IMG/VR virus record: IMGVR_UViG_2920580016_000001
Coordinates: 1,614-65,613 of that record
From: a virus
Strand: one strand, 5' to 3'
DNA length: 64,000 bases
This document shows, in pieces, positions 63,528-64,000 of the stretch (position 1 is the first letter of the stretch; each line of letters begins with the position of its first letter). The position numbers and the translations under genes were made by a program. The notes beneath the pieces were generated by a model, which had not been told where the DNA came from, made no database searches, and was given only the letters and a program-made list of their open reading frames with translations.

Positions 63528-63857
63528 ATGCGGCCAAGGCACACAATCACGCACGCCATCATGACGCTGGTGACCTCGGTAGCTCTGGTGACGGGAGCTG
63601 TTGCCCCTACCGCGAGCGCCTCGATCAGGCAAGACCCGTCGATCTACGTATCTCCCGAGACCGGGCCTCCGGGAACGGAAATAACCGTTGACGGGATCGG
63701 CTTCCTCCCGAACCTCCCGATTAGCATCTCCCATCCGGGGCTAAGTGGCCCCGATAGTATCAAAGCTCAACGATTCGGCGGAATTCCTACCGCGACATTC
63801 CGCGTCATGGAAAGCACCGAACCCGGGACGATCACTATTGAGCCTTTTCCATCCTGA
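63528..63857 (+). CDS. Secreted protein with an Ig-like start (VSP..GPPGT.ITV.G.GF)
   Basis: AAGGGAG RBS; signal peptide ASA-S. Confidence 0.65.
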   Translation: MRPRHTITHAIMTLVTSVALVTGAVAPTASASIRQDPSIYVSPETGPPGTEITVDGIGFLPNLPISISHPGLSGPDSIKAQRFGGIPTATFRVMESTEPGTITIEPFPS

Positions 63858-64000
63858 CGCCGCAGCTCATTTGCTAGTGCTGTGGCCGGAAACGATCACC
63901 GGGTTGGCGCGTAAGTCGCTCCTGCCAGTTGGATGGTGCTGATCACGTTCGATCGGCATTCGGGAGGCCAGGTGACGCAACCGGTCAAGGTCCGCAGGCT

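Noticed and set aside
1-64000. tRNA, rRNA or IS elements
   Set aside because: No cloverleaf, rRNA-like sequence or transposase motifs recognised by eye; tRNAscan-SE and ISEScan would be needed to exclude them formally.

Overview
Nearly the whole window is one large temperate siphovirus-type prophage (or phage genome) of a high-GC actinomycete, with most genes on the minus strand. Reading right to left along transcription, it carries: a regulatory region (LuxR-type regulator, divergent repressor-like HTH); an early region (YqaJ/RecT, RuvC-like resolvase, WhiB, PAPS-reductase-like, MmcB-like nuclease, NADAR, replication initiator with internal iterons); and a very large accessory region (membrane, secreted and pentapeptide morons, plus two divergent arrays of tiny translationally coupled genes around a tyrosine recombinase). 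Next come a ParB-N gene and an ABC-ATPase/GNAT gene upstream of the terminase; packaging and head genes (TerS, TerL, a three-gene fibre-like insert, SPP1-type portal, extended MuF-like protein, scaffold, major capsid); tail genes (-1 frameshifted chaperone, TMP, Dit, two paralogous hub/Tal genes); and lysis genes (CHAP endolysin, holin). No att sites or canonical phage integrase could be identified, so the prophage ends are unresolved. The strongest unexplained signals are four. (i) An 18-20 bp palindrome (consensus CGTTGGCGG-WW-CCGCCAACG) occurs 11 times across 48 kb, mostly at gene or operon starts. (ii) A TnpI/Xer-like recombination site (inverted core plus two direct repeats) lies directly upstream of the mid-genome tyrosine recombinase. 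(iii) There is a probable Mom-like DNA-modification module. (iv) The baseplate hub gene is duplicated. All functional calls come from motifs read by eye; no database search was run.
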